64,000 nucleotides of DNA from Parcubacteria group bacterium. GTDB lineage: Bacteria; Patescibacteriota; Patescibacteriia; Buchananbacterales; UBA6539. The position numbers and the translations under genes are program-made. Below are positions 29,554-38,256 of this stretch, piece by piece (positions within the stretch are counted from its first letter, which is position 1; each line of letters starts with the position of its first letter). The notes below the pieces were generated by a model. It did no database searches. It saw only the letters and a list, made by a program, of their open reading frames with translations, and was not told where the DNA came from. Location: contig NYZP01000001.1 in assembly GCA_002687175.1 (NCBI GenBank), positions 149,607-213,606 of the forward strand, read 5' to 3'.

Positions 29554-30120
29554 CTAGTTAACAATCAAAGTTCCTTCCATGCTACCATGGCCTGAGCCAC
29601 AAAAAACTGAACAGAAAAACCTGAAGCTACCAGATTTATCAGCCACAAACTCAATAGTGGTTATTTCACCAGGATTTAGATCTGAATTAACCCCAAATTC
29701 AGGAATGGCAATGCCGTGTTTTACATCGATACTGTTAATAATCATTTTAACGGTATCGCCTTTATTGACCGTAATAGTTGATGGTACAAAATCCCACTGT
29801 TTGGCTACCATGTCAAAGGTCTTTATGGTTGATACTGGATCATTATCACCGGCAACATCTTCGGGGTCAGGTGGCGGTGGCGGTGCTGTATCAAGATTAG
29901 CATCACCATCGGCTTCGGGATCAGGTGGCGGTGGTGGATTATCAGTTAATGGAAAATCACCGTCTGTTTCGGGATCAGGTGGCGGTGGTACATTGTCGAG
30001 ATTACCAGCTTGATCGCCCCCAGTGCCGGTAGCATCATTATTCGCCGTTCCCTGGTTTAAACAACCACTGATCACCAATCCAGTGATTAATAAGCTGAAA
30101 AGTAAGAAAAATTTTTTCAT
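29554..30120 (-). CDS. Cupredoxin-like lipoprotein with CuA-type ligand motif
   Basis: Lipobox LITGLVISGC, Pro-rich PPPPDPE repeats, C-terminal FFCSVFCGSGHGSMEG (C-x3-C-x3-H-x2-M). Confidence 0.5.
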   Translation of the reverse strand: MKKFFLLFSLLITGLVISGCLNQGTANNDATGTGGDQAGNLDNVPPPPDPETDGDFPLTDNPPPPPDPEADGDANLDTAPPPPPDPEDVAGDNDPVSTIKTFDMVAKQWDFVPSTITVNKGDTVKMIINSIDVKHGIAIPEFGVNSDLNPGEITTIEFVADKSGSFRFFCSVFCGSGHGSMEGTLIVN

Positions 30121-30148
30121 ATTTTTTTAATTAGTTATTTAATTTATA

Positions 30149-30415
30149 TTAAGGTAATGTTTGACGGTCAGCAATTTCAGCTATTACATCACTTTCCGTC
30201 TGGGCTTGCTTACGGGCCATTGTCTCCTCATTAGATAAACGCTCGTCAACAATTGACCTAATATCTTCAACAACATCTCCGTTACCACTACCAATTGCTT
30301 TAGCCAACTCATCAAATTTATCTTCTTCTAGTCTCAAAGCCCCTTTGCTTAAATATGGAAGATTCTTTTTCAAAACCGCTGTTTTGCCTTCGGCAATTAA
30401 TGTGGCCATCATCAT
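30149..30415 (-). CDS. Hypothetical protein
   Basis: 88 aa, overlaps the upstream gene by 4 bp. No motif. Confidence 0.3.
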   Translation of the reverse strand: MMMATLIAEGKTAVLKKNLPYLSKGALRLEEDKFDELAKAIGSGNGDVVEDIRSIVDERLSNEETMARKQAQTESDVIAEIADRQTLP

Positions 30416-31281
30416 AATCCGTTCCTCGGCCTTAGCTCTTTTAGCCCGACGGTCAGAATATTAATCATAAAATCTTGCAGTTTCTTTATTAAGACATCTT
30501 TATCTTTTAACATTTCAGCTTTCATCTCAGCGGGTATGGCTTTAACAAAAACCTCAGCCGCTTCTTGAATGCTGGCCACACCATAATTTAAAACGGGATC
30601 TAAATCTACCGGGACAGTTTCACCATCATCGCCTTTAATCTCAATTTTGCTATGACCAATTTGAACTTTTTTTAATAAGTCATGTACCTCCTCGTCTGGC
30701 TTTGGAGCAATGATCGCAAACTCATCCCCGCCAATACGGTAGGCAACACTTTTAAGTTTATCGTCGCTCACATCTGGTTCCTCTTCGGCAATCACCTCAG
30801 TCATATCATTGGCCATTTCTTCTAAAATTTTATCACCACCACCATGGCCACCACCGAAGTGCTTGGTAATTTCAGGATCTTCATTATACTTACTCAAAAA
30901 ACCTAGATCGATTGAAGTTACTGAAAAATCGATTTTTCCTAAATGTTCTAAATCTTCATCACTTAATGAATCCTGTTCAAGCAATTTTAATAATTTATCA
31001 TCATTATCTAAATGACCCTCTAAATTATCATATAACCTATTAAAAAAGTTACCTCTGTTTTCCAGCCCCGTTAAGGTGTCTCGTTTTAACTTCTCAATCT
31101 GTTCTTTAAGATCTAATACTTCGCCTTCCAATTCTAATTTTTTTCTTTCGGCGGCATTAACTCTTCTTTCTCTGCGTTCATTCTCTGTTTTTGATTCAGC
31201 AAGCTCTTGCTCTAAACGAGCAATCTTTTCCGCATCGCTTTCTTTGTCTGGTGATCCAGATCCACCTTCCGGAGATACCAT
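30412..31281 (-). CDS. GGDEF-domain protein (putative diguanylate cyclase) with N-terminal coiled coil
   Basis: LTGLENRGNFFNRL and RIGGDEFAII. Confidence 0.65.
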   Translation of the reverse strand: MVSPEGGSGSPDKESDAEKIARLEQELAESKTENERRERRVNAAERKKLELEGEVLDLKEQIEKLKRDTLTGLENRGNFFNRLYDNLEGHLDNDDKLLKLLEQDSLSDEDLEHLGKIDFSVTSIDLGFLSKYNEDPEITKHFGGGHGGGDKILEEMANDMTEVIAEEEPDVSDDKLKSVAYRIGGDEFAIIAPKPDEEVHDLLKKVQIGHSKIEIKGDDGETVPVDLDPVLNYGVASIQEAAEVFVKAIPAEMKAEMLKDKDVLIKKLQDFMINILTVGLKELRPRNGL

Positions 31282-31335
31282 AATTTAAGAATTATTTATA
31301 AAAAAGAATGCAAGGGCCGTATAGATCCTTGCATT
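31282..31335 (-). terminator. Intrinsic terminator
   Basis: Minus strand: TGCAAGG-atctatacggc-CCTTGCA followed by TTCTTTTTT. Confidence 0.5.
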
Positions 31336-31674
31336 TTAAGCAGAAGAGGTAGCGGTAGGTGTTTGATTTTCAGAAGTGACAGAAAAAGCAGAGCAGGTTG
31401 ATGTCCAAATTTCATCAAAGTCAATCTGTCGTCCGTCAGTAAGACGGTCTAATTCTTGTTCGTTTGTGACGCCCAGGGCTTTCATCAATAAAGACAACGC
31501 AGAATCCACACCTCGTGGAGACCACCCTCTCTTTAATCCCTCGATTTGCTCCCTTGCGGTAGCGTGTGTTGATGCCTTTTTACTTGCCATCAACCTTGAC
31601 GCCGGGTCCGCACGTGTCGGAAACAGCTCTATGGGTGTAAGTTTTTTTGTAGTATCCATAATAACTGTCTCCAT
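31336..31674 (-). CDS. Small hypothetical protein of atypical (higher) G+C; start METVIMDTTKK
   Basis: Own TTGACA-N17-TATTAT promoter and RBS. GC-rich codons. No motif. Confidence 0.4.
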   Translation of the reverse strand: METVIMDTTKKLTPIELFPTRADPASRLMASKKASTHATAREQIEGLKRGWSPRGVDSALSLLMKALGVTNEQELDRLTDGRQIDFDEIWTSTCSAFSVTSENQTPTATSSA

Positions 31675-31695
31675 TTCCTTCTTGTGCTTAAAAAT

Positions 31696-31724
31696 ATAAT
31701 ACAATGGAGACCTAAAATTGTCAA
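31696..31724 (-). promoter_or_regulatory. Consensus-like sigma70 promoter, TTGACA-N17-TATTAT
   Basis: Minus strand reads ttgacaATTTTAGGTCTCCATTGtattat. Confidence 0.5.
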
Positions 31725-31741
31725 TGAATATTTTACATAAA

Positions 31742-31785
31742 ATAAAAAGCCCCATGTTCTTAATTTTGAACATGGGGGTCGTGAT
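31742..31785 (-). terminator. Intrinsic terminator
   Basis: CCCCCATGTTC-aaaattaa-GAACATGGGG followed by CTTTTTATTTT on the minus strand. Confidence 0.55.
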
Positions 31786-31809
31786 GTTTCTCTGCAATGT
31801 CGCGGAGTG

Positions 31810-32379
31810 TTAGAGTGTGTAAGGAACAGCGCCACCAGTTACGGTGTCAATACGGATCGCCTCCGGTGGTTCAAAGCCAGTGGCTCCGGCTATTGCGACG
31901 ATCTCGTCTTGGTTAACACCGTCACCACTTACGCCAAGGCCACCGACCAATTTTCCATTAATATAGAGCGGAACGCTTCCGGGAAATTCGATGATCCCGT
32001 GCTCGCGGTTACTGTTGCCGATCTGCCACAAATCTCCGTCAGGCTGTGAAAGTAAGCCGATTGAATGGGAGGTTAAGGCATTTTCATCGCTAGAAAAAGC
32101 CATGGCGGTAAAAGCTTTAGATTTGGCAATACTTATGCTGCCAAACCAAGCACCGTCCATTGATCGGTGATCCATTGTCATTTCATCAATGCGAGAGACA
32201 CAGAGTTCCATCCTGCAAGTCTGAGGCTTGCCCTCGGCATCCACGCGCAGTAGCGAAAGAAGACCGTTTGCCGTCGATTCCGCCTGATCTAAGATCTTAT
32301 TGACCATCTGTTCCGACAGAACATTTTCCTTATCTTGACTCGAAACACTGTTGGCCAATGCTGTCAGAGGTAGCACCAC
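31810..32379 (-). CDS. GlcG/HbpS-like DUF336 protein of atypical (higher) G+C, possibly secreted
   Basis: LYINGKLVGGLGVSGDGVNQDEIVAIAG and AKSKAFTAMAFSS patterns. The in-frame upstream extension KKLLLSRKSSIIITFLVVLPLTALA looks like a signal peptide but has no ATG. Confidence 0.5.
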   Translation of the reverse strand: MVLPLTALANSVSSQDKENVLSEQMVNKILDQAESTANGLLSLLRVDAEGKPQTCRMELCVSRIDEMTMDHRSMDGAWFGSISIAKSKAFTAMAFSSDENALTSHSIGLLSQPDGDLWQIGNSNREHGIIEFPGSVPLYINGKLVGGLGVSGDGVNQDEIVAIAGATGFEPPEAIRIDTVTGGAVPYTL

Positions 32380-32620
32380 GAGAAACGTGATTATGATGCT
32401 GGACTTTCGGGAAAGTAAGAGCTTCTTTATTGGTAATCCTCCCTTGCAAAGTTTTTACACAGTTAATATTTCTGAAATATTACTCTGTTTAATTTTCCTC
32501 CCTTTTCTCCTTTCGCTAATTGGCTGAGTGCTAATTAGTTGTTGTTTTACACTATTTTTTAAAAAATGTCAATAATAAAATAAAGGACCAAATAATCAAG
32601 GTCCTCTATTTAAAAATATA

Positions 32621-33946
32621 TTAAGCTAGATAATGCTTGTGTACTGATCGAGTGTTAGCATAGCTCTGGCAATCATCAATTTCCTCCAACACAATATCAG
32701 CATATGCCTGGTGCATGGTGCCAAGTTTATCAGCCAAGCTCTGATTATTTGAGTATTCTTGATAAGCCTCCCAGAGATTACGAGGTAACATGGTAAGTTT
32801 TTGTTCTTTAATCTCCTGTGGGCTAAGTGCCGAAAAATTTATATTTACAAAACCGGGAAATGGCAATTGTTGTTCGATACCACCTAAACCAGCAGCAATA
32901 AATCCGGCTGACATTAGATAGGGATTAGTTAAGGGATCAGGAAAACGAAACTCGGCTCTTAAAGCTTTACTCTTAGTTGTGGCATCAGCGATGGCCGGAA
33001 CTCGACAAGCAGCTGATCTATTATGGGCACTAATAGAAGCTATGACTGGTGCTTCAAATCCGGGAACTAACCTGGCATATGAAACCTCGGTTGGATTAGT
33101 GATAGCGGCTAAGGCTCTGGAGCTACTTAATATCCCAGTTAAAAATTGCAGCCCCTTAACGGAAAAATTCATATCAGTGCTTTCGGCATCATAAAATAAA
33201 TTTTCTTTATCACTTTGGACTGAGACATGGCAGTGCATTCCCGAACCGTTTCGATTATGATATGGCTTTGGTAAAAAAGTTACATCGTAACCAAATTTTC
33301 TGGCTACTTTGTGTACCATTAATTTGTAGTACTGAATTCTGTCAGCATTTCTTTCCGCACGATCATATTTCCAATTAGTTTCAAACTGTTCATCTCCAAC
33401 TTCCGTATGAGCTCGTTCAATCTCAAAATTCATCTGGTTAAGGACATTTGAAATTTCAGTAATAATCAAAGTTCGAGGATCTTTGGGGTTAAAATAATTT
33501 GAATTTCCACCACCTTTAGTAAACCCCTGCTCATGAGATATAAAGTATGATTCTGGCTCACTGCCCATAAAAAGTTTACCACCGCCCCAAACCCGTTCAA
33601 GTTCTGTCTGTAAACGTACCAGTTGACTTCTGGCACAATTAGGATGTGGTTGATGATCAACCGTCTGAATATTACAAATAATCATATATTCGGCTTTCTC
33701 CGAATCGGCAAATTTTTGTGGTATTTGAACTAAGGTTTCTGGAACACCAACCAAGATAGAGTCCGAACTCTCAATGCTATTAATGCCAGAAAAGCTGGAA
33801 CCATCGTAAGCCATCCCTGAACTGACAATCTCGTTTAACCTTGAAGTATGAGATATAATCTCCTTAAAACTGCCTGATAAATCAGTAACCATTACTTTTA
33901 GAATAGCGTCCTCCTTAACTATCATGTTTATATCTAGTTGTGACAT
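32621..33946 (-). CDS. glnA: Glutamine synthetase (type I-like)
   Basis: NGSGMHCHVSV matches the GS catalytic motif (E. coli GSGMHCHMS). 441 aa. Confidence 0.8.
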   Translation of the reverse strand: MSQLDINMIVKEDAILKVMVTDLSGSFKEIISHTSRLNEIVSSGMAYDGSSFSGINSIESSDSILVGVPETLVQIPQKFADSEKAEYMIICNIQTVDHQPHPNCARSQLVRLQTELERVWGGGKLFMGSEPESYFISHEQGFTKGGGNSNYFNPKDPRTLIITEISNVLNQMNFEIERAHTEVGDEQFETNWKYDRAERNADRIQYYKLMVHKVARKFGYDVTFLPKPYHNRNGSGMHCHVSVQSDKENLFYDAESTDMNFSVKGLQFLTGILSSSRALAAITNPTEVSYARLVPGFEAPVIASISAHNRSAACRVPAIADATTKSKALRAEFRFPDPLTNPYLMSAGFIAAGLGGIEQQLPFPGFVNINFSALSPQEIKEQKLTMLPRNLWEAYQEYSNNQSLADKLGTMHQAYADIVLEEIDDCQSYANTRSVHKHYLA

Positions 33947-34060
33947 AAAAATATTTGAGTTTAATCTTTAAATAGTTTATTATCTTACACTAATTAAAGA
34001 TTCAAAGCAAATAAAAAAAATCAGCCGTCATATGTTGATTACAGCTAATTTTTAATTAAG

Positions 34061-35599
34061 CTAATTTTTAAGAGAATCTTTGATATAGGAAAAAGCCATG
34101 GATTCGGTCATAAATTCTACGGGTGCTTTATCGTCGGTCAAAGTTATCAGCTTGTCACTGTAATTTATTTTCTCGGTTTTTTCAATCATCACTAACGTTA
34201 AGTCAGATAATTCCGGATTGACTGTTTTATTACTGATCGAGTTAAAATCAAGCTCCGTCTGTGAGGCAGTTATTAAATAGTTCCAGCTATTGTCCGATAG
34301 CGAAGTTAAATAAGTATGATCGAAAACACTGGCAATAGTATTAGAAATTGAATTTAATAAATCTGACTGCCTAACGATAGAATTAACATTAATCGTAATC
34401 AAACCATTATCAGTTAGCCTGTCTTTAATTAGAGTCCAAAATTCTTGGGTGGTTAAAGTCCAGGGTATATACAATTCCTTTTGATAAGCATCAACTATTA
34501 CTAAGTCATATTTGTCTTCGCTAACAGAATTACGTAAAAACATCCGTCCATCTTGATTATAAATATTAACTTTTGAGCTATCTAATCCAAAATATTCTTC
34601 GCCAGCATTAATTACTTTTTGATCAATTTCAACTCCATCTATAATAATTTCATCTTGAAAAAAATAGTTTAACTGACTGGCAATTGTTCCACCAGCTAAA
34701 CCAATGACCAAAACTCTCTTTTGACTATTTGTTTCTATTAAATATGGCAGTAGATTAATATTATCAAAATAGTTACCGGTTAAAATACTGCCATGACGTT
34801 TAACTGACTGGACTCCGCCACCTTCATTATAAACCAAAAATCTGTCTCCCTGGTTGTTCTGAAAAACACTAATATATTGATAGGCTGATTCATCTTCAAA
34901 AATTAAATCGGCGTTATCTTTAATACCAAGCTGGGCCGAATAAAATGCCAGAAATAAAAATAGTAATATACTGCCTAAACGAAACTTTATATTAATAAAA
35001 CCTAAGCTTCCTAAAACAATTAACACCATAGCAAAAATATTAATCGTCGCCTTGGTGCCTAAAACCGGAATAAAATACAAAGTTGGTAAAAAGGTTCCTA
35101 AAATACTACCGATGGTTGAAACGGCAAAAATTGTACCGGCCATTTGTCCAATATTTTCTTTCTCTAGGAGAGAATATAATTTAATTATAAAAGGACTAAC
35201 CATTCCTAAAATAAACAAGGGGATTGCAAAAAGAATTACTGTTACAATTAACGATGAAATAAAAATTACTACAGATGCTGTTTGTAAATTAGAAATTCCT
35301 AAATCAACAAATGAGGTCAGTGGCTTTATCACCATTGGAATGACTAAAAGTAAAATTCCAGCCAGCAGAATTAATTTAAGTAAAATATTAATCTGGGGTT
35401 TTTTATCAGCTAATTTTCCACCTAGGTAATAACCCAAAGATAAAGCAATTAAAACTACGCCAATAATATTTGTCCAAACAAATAATGATGTCCCGAAGTA
35501 TGGTGCTAACAACCTGGAAGCTGATATTTCCATGGCCATAATCGCAAAGCCGGCAACAAAGCTGATAAGTAACAAAAGACGAGGTGATGATTTAATCAT
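34061..35599 (-). CDS. Spermidine-synthase-like (aminopropyltransferase fold) protein fused to an N-terminal polytopic membrane domain
   Basis: VLVIGLAGGT...DGVEID and a ~7-TM N-terminus. Confidence 0.55.
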   Translation of the reverse strand: MIKSSPRLLLLISFVAGFAIMAMEISASRLLAPYFGTSLFVWTNIIGVVLIALSLGYYLGGKLADKKPQINILLKLILLAGILLLVIPMVIKPLTSFVDLGISNLQTASVVIFISSLIVTVILFAIPLFILGMVSPFIIKLYSLLEKENIGQMAGTIFAVSTIGSILGTFLPTLYFIPVLGTKATINIFAMVLIVLGSLGFINIKFRLGSILLFLFLAFYSAQLGIKDNADLIFEDESAYQYISVFQNNQGDRFLVYNEGGGVQSVKRHGSILTGNYFDNINLLPYLIETNSQKRVLVIGLAGGTIASQLNYFFQDEIIIDGVEIDQKVINAGEEYFGLDSSKVNIYNQDGRMFLRNSVSEDKYDLVIVDAYQKELYIPWTLTTQEFWTLIKDRLTDNGLITINVNSIVRQSDLLNSISNTIASVFDHTYLTSLSDNSWNYLITASQTELDFNSISNKTVNPELSDLTLVMIEKTEKINYSDKLITLTDDKAPVEFMTESMAFSYIKDSLKN

Positions 35600-35631
35600 A
35601 AGTTAATAATATAAATCTTCATATTTTAATA

Positions 35632-36072
35632 TTAAACTAAAATATAATCAAAGTAAAAAATTTTTAATATATGACGTCGGCAAACCGCAGTCTTTGGCTC
35701 CTTGAACCACTGTTTTTCGGTACTGGTGCTAGGTAGATCAATCTTTTCCTGATTTTTTTTGAAATAAACAATTGCTTCAATCACTTTACCCTCGTTGTTT
35801 TTTATTTTGAAATTATTTCTACCATAATAACCAGGGTAGCCTTCATGAAAATCAAGAGCGTCTAAATCATTTTGACTAATATCGTAAACTCCTCCCCAAA
35901 CCACATCACCAGGAGACTTTATAATATTTGCTACTGAGCCATCCCATTTTTTAGCATAACCTTCATAAACAAATTTAAAATCTTCAAGCAAGGCCGGCAT
36001 CATAAATTTACTGTCAAGACAACGCTCTTTGATTTGCTTATGATTTAAATTTGATCCGTAGGCAAAATATAA
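35632..36072 (-). CDS. Gamma-glutamylcyclotransferase/AIG2-like protein
   Basis: MLYFAYGSNLNHKQI is typical of the GGCT/AIG2 fold. The ORF-track extension to 36129 is probably upstream read-through. Confidence 0.45.
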   Translation of the reverse strand, partial: LYFAYGSNLNHKQIKERCLDSKFMMPALLEDFKFVYEGYAKKWDGSVANIIKSPGDVVWGGVYDISQNDLDALDFHEGYPGYYGRNNFKIKNNEGKVIEAIVYFKKNQEKIDLPSTSTEKQWFKEPKTAVCRRHILKIFYFDYILV

Positions 36073-36476
36073 CATAAAAAATATAAAAAAAGAAGAACTA
36101 AGCTCCCAACTACGGTCTAGTCCACCCACATCGGCGTTTTTGGGAGGTTTTTGGGGTATAAATTCGGAGTGAAATAACGCAGTACGGTCGGGGTAAATGA
36201 GACAAATGAGACAGTATAAAAAGGAACAAAATATAAATCAAAAATGTAATACAACAAAAAGCCCCAAATAAGCGTAATTTGACAGTATTTAAAAAGTGGT
36301 AGATAATTAATACAACGGTAGCGATGTCCTCTTTTACGAAAGAGGATCAACATCAAAAGCCATTCTGATAAGTCAGAGAAATTTCTCGACTTTTTAGTTT
36401 GGCTTTTTTTCGTGGAGTTTTTTCTTCTCATTAATTAAGTCATCTAAAAAGACTAATTAATAACTTTTTCAAAGAT

Positions 36477-37802
36477 ATGAAAGAGAAAAAACTTAAGGTG
36501 GTGCAGGTATCCACCAACCAACTAAAACCTGCGACTTATAATCCAAGGAAATGGAATCAAAGTGCAATTGATCAGTTAACCGAAAGCGTTAAGCGATTCG
36601 GATTAGTTGATCCAATCATCTGTAATTCCTCTCCTAAACGCCATAACATTGTTATTGGCGGACATTTTCGTTTAAAGGTCGTCAAAGATTTAAAAATCAA
36701 AGAAGTTCCAGTTGTCTATTTAGACATCCCCGACATTAAAAAAGAAAAGGAACTTAACCTCCGTCTTAATAAAAATGTCGGGGAGTTTGATATGGATTTG
36801 TTAGCCAAATTTGATGAGAACTTCCTATCCGACCTTGGTTTCAACAGTGAAGATTTAGATGAGATATTTGAGATTGAAGATAATCCGGAAAAATTTGATC
36901 TCAAAAAAGAGCTAGAAAAACTAGACATCAAAAAAATTGAGATTAAAAAGCAAGATATTTGGAAACTTGGTAATTCAAAATTAATGTGTGGTGATAGCAC
37001 CATAGAAGCTGATGTGTTAAAGCTCATGGCTGGCGAAAAAGCGGTTATGTGCTTTACGGATCCGCCTTATATTTTAGATTATCTTCGTGGGAAAAAGAAA
37101 AATGGTAAGGTGACGGAAGGATTTGGCCTAAAACGAGATCGAAAGTATCTTGAAACTGATGTCCTGCCCGACAATTTCACTGAACTTTGGATGAATAGTA
37201 TTTCTAAAATTCAGAAAAAAGATTTCTCAATTATTATTTTTGAAAATCCTAAAAATCTCCGTACTATTTGGAACGAAATGGAAAAACACTGGAAGTATCG
37301 CAATACTATTGTTTGGCATTTACCAAATCGTGTTCAGGGATTTGCCGCAAAGTATAAATTCTTCAATAAGCACGACATCGCTCTTGTTGGCACCAAAGGC
37401 AAGACGCCAATAAATATTGAACCCGAAGATCCTTTATTTCAAGAAGAATATGAGAATGCATTATTTGCCACCTCGGGTACTCCTACATGGGAATCATATA
37501 AAAAAGGAAAGAAATATTGCCCAACTGATTTCATTGACTATAAAGCCAGCGATGAAAAAAGCTCCGGCCAAGGAATTATCTTTGGTACTAAGCCAATAGA
37601 AATATTAATTCCCTATATCAAAGTTCTCACTAAGAGAGATGATTTAATTGTGGAACCTTTCGGCGGAAGTGGATCAACTCTTATTGCGGCCACAAAAATG
37701 AAACGGAGATGCTATATCATGGAGAAATCCCCTGTCTATGCTGAGGTAATTAAAAAACGTTGGGAAAAACTAACTGGTCAAAAAGCAAGGAGGGTTAAAT
37801 AA
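36477..37802 (+). CDS. ParB-like nuclease domain fused to an N6-adenine/N4-cytosine DNA methyltransferase
   Basis: N-terminal ParB-like domain (..NQLKPATYNPRKW..FGLVDPIIC..IVIGGHFRLKV). MTase motif IV TDPPY and motif I VEPFGGSGST. Confidence 0.75.
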   Translation: MKEKKLKVVQVSTNQLKPATYNPRKWNQSAIDQLTESVKRFGLVDPIICNSSPKRHNIVIGGHFRLKVVKDLKIKEVPVVYLDIPDIKKEKELNLRLNKNVGEFDMDLLAKFDENFLSDLGFNSEDLDEIFEIEDNPEKFDLKKELEKLDIKKIEIKKQDIWKLGNSKLMCGDSTIEADVLKLMAGEKAVMCFTDPPYILDYLRGKKKNGKVTEGFGLKRDRKYLETDVLPDNFTELWMNSISKIQKKDFSIIIFENPKNLRTIWNEMEKHWKYRNTIVWHLPNRVQGFAAKYKFFNKHDIALVGTKGKTPINIEPEDPLFQEEYENALFATSGTPTWESYKKGKKYCPTDFIDYKASDEKSSGQGIIFGTKPIEILIPYIKVLTKRDDLIVEPFGGSGSTLIAATKMKRRCYIMEKSPVYAEVIKKRWEKLTGQKARRVK

Positions 37803-37803
37803 T

Positions 37804-38256
37804 ATGGAAAAAGAAATAAATCCTACAATTCAAAAACGACAGGATAAAAATAAGGGTTTAATTATTGAGCAGTTAAAGAAAACTCCAGTGATTGAAATTG
37901 CTTGTAAAAAAGTTGGTATTGGTCGAGCCACCTATTACAGATGGAAAAAGGATGATATAGATTTCGCCGAAAAAGCAGGGATATCCCTTGAAGATGGACT
38001 GGGCATGATTTCCGATTTGGCTGAATCAAAACTTATTAGCGCTATTCAAGATGAAAATATGACAGCGATAATTTTCTGGCTTAAATCACATCGCAATGCT
38101 TATAGGAACAGGGTTGAACTAAGTACTTCTGAAAAACCAAAAGAAGAACTAACTCCCGAGCAACAACAAGCAGTAGAAAAAGCTCTTACCCTAGGTCAAT
38201 TGACCGACGATCATAAAGAAAATCAAGATGACAAAGATAATATCCCCAACAAATAA
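37804..38256 (+). CDS. Phage terminase small-subunit-like HTH protein
   Basis: IEIACKKVGIGRATYYRWKKDD HTH. It sits immediately upstream of the large-terminase gene, with a 29-bp overlap. Confidence 0.45.
   Translation: MEKEINPTIQKRQDKNKGLIIEQLKKTPVIEIACKKVGIGRATYYRWKKDDIDFAEKAGISLEDGLGMISDLAESKLISAIQDENMTAIIFWLKSHRNAYRNRVELSTSEKPKEELTPEQQQAVEKALTLGQLTDDHKENQDDKDNIPNK

Noticed and set aside
36117-36431. 104-aa minus ORF upstream of the ParB-MTase gene
   Set aside because: The sequence is low-complexity with no RBS or motif, and it lies in a repeat-containing intergenic region. It is probably spurious.
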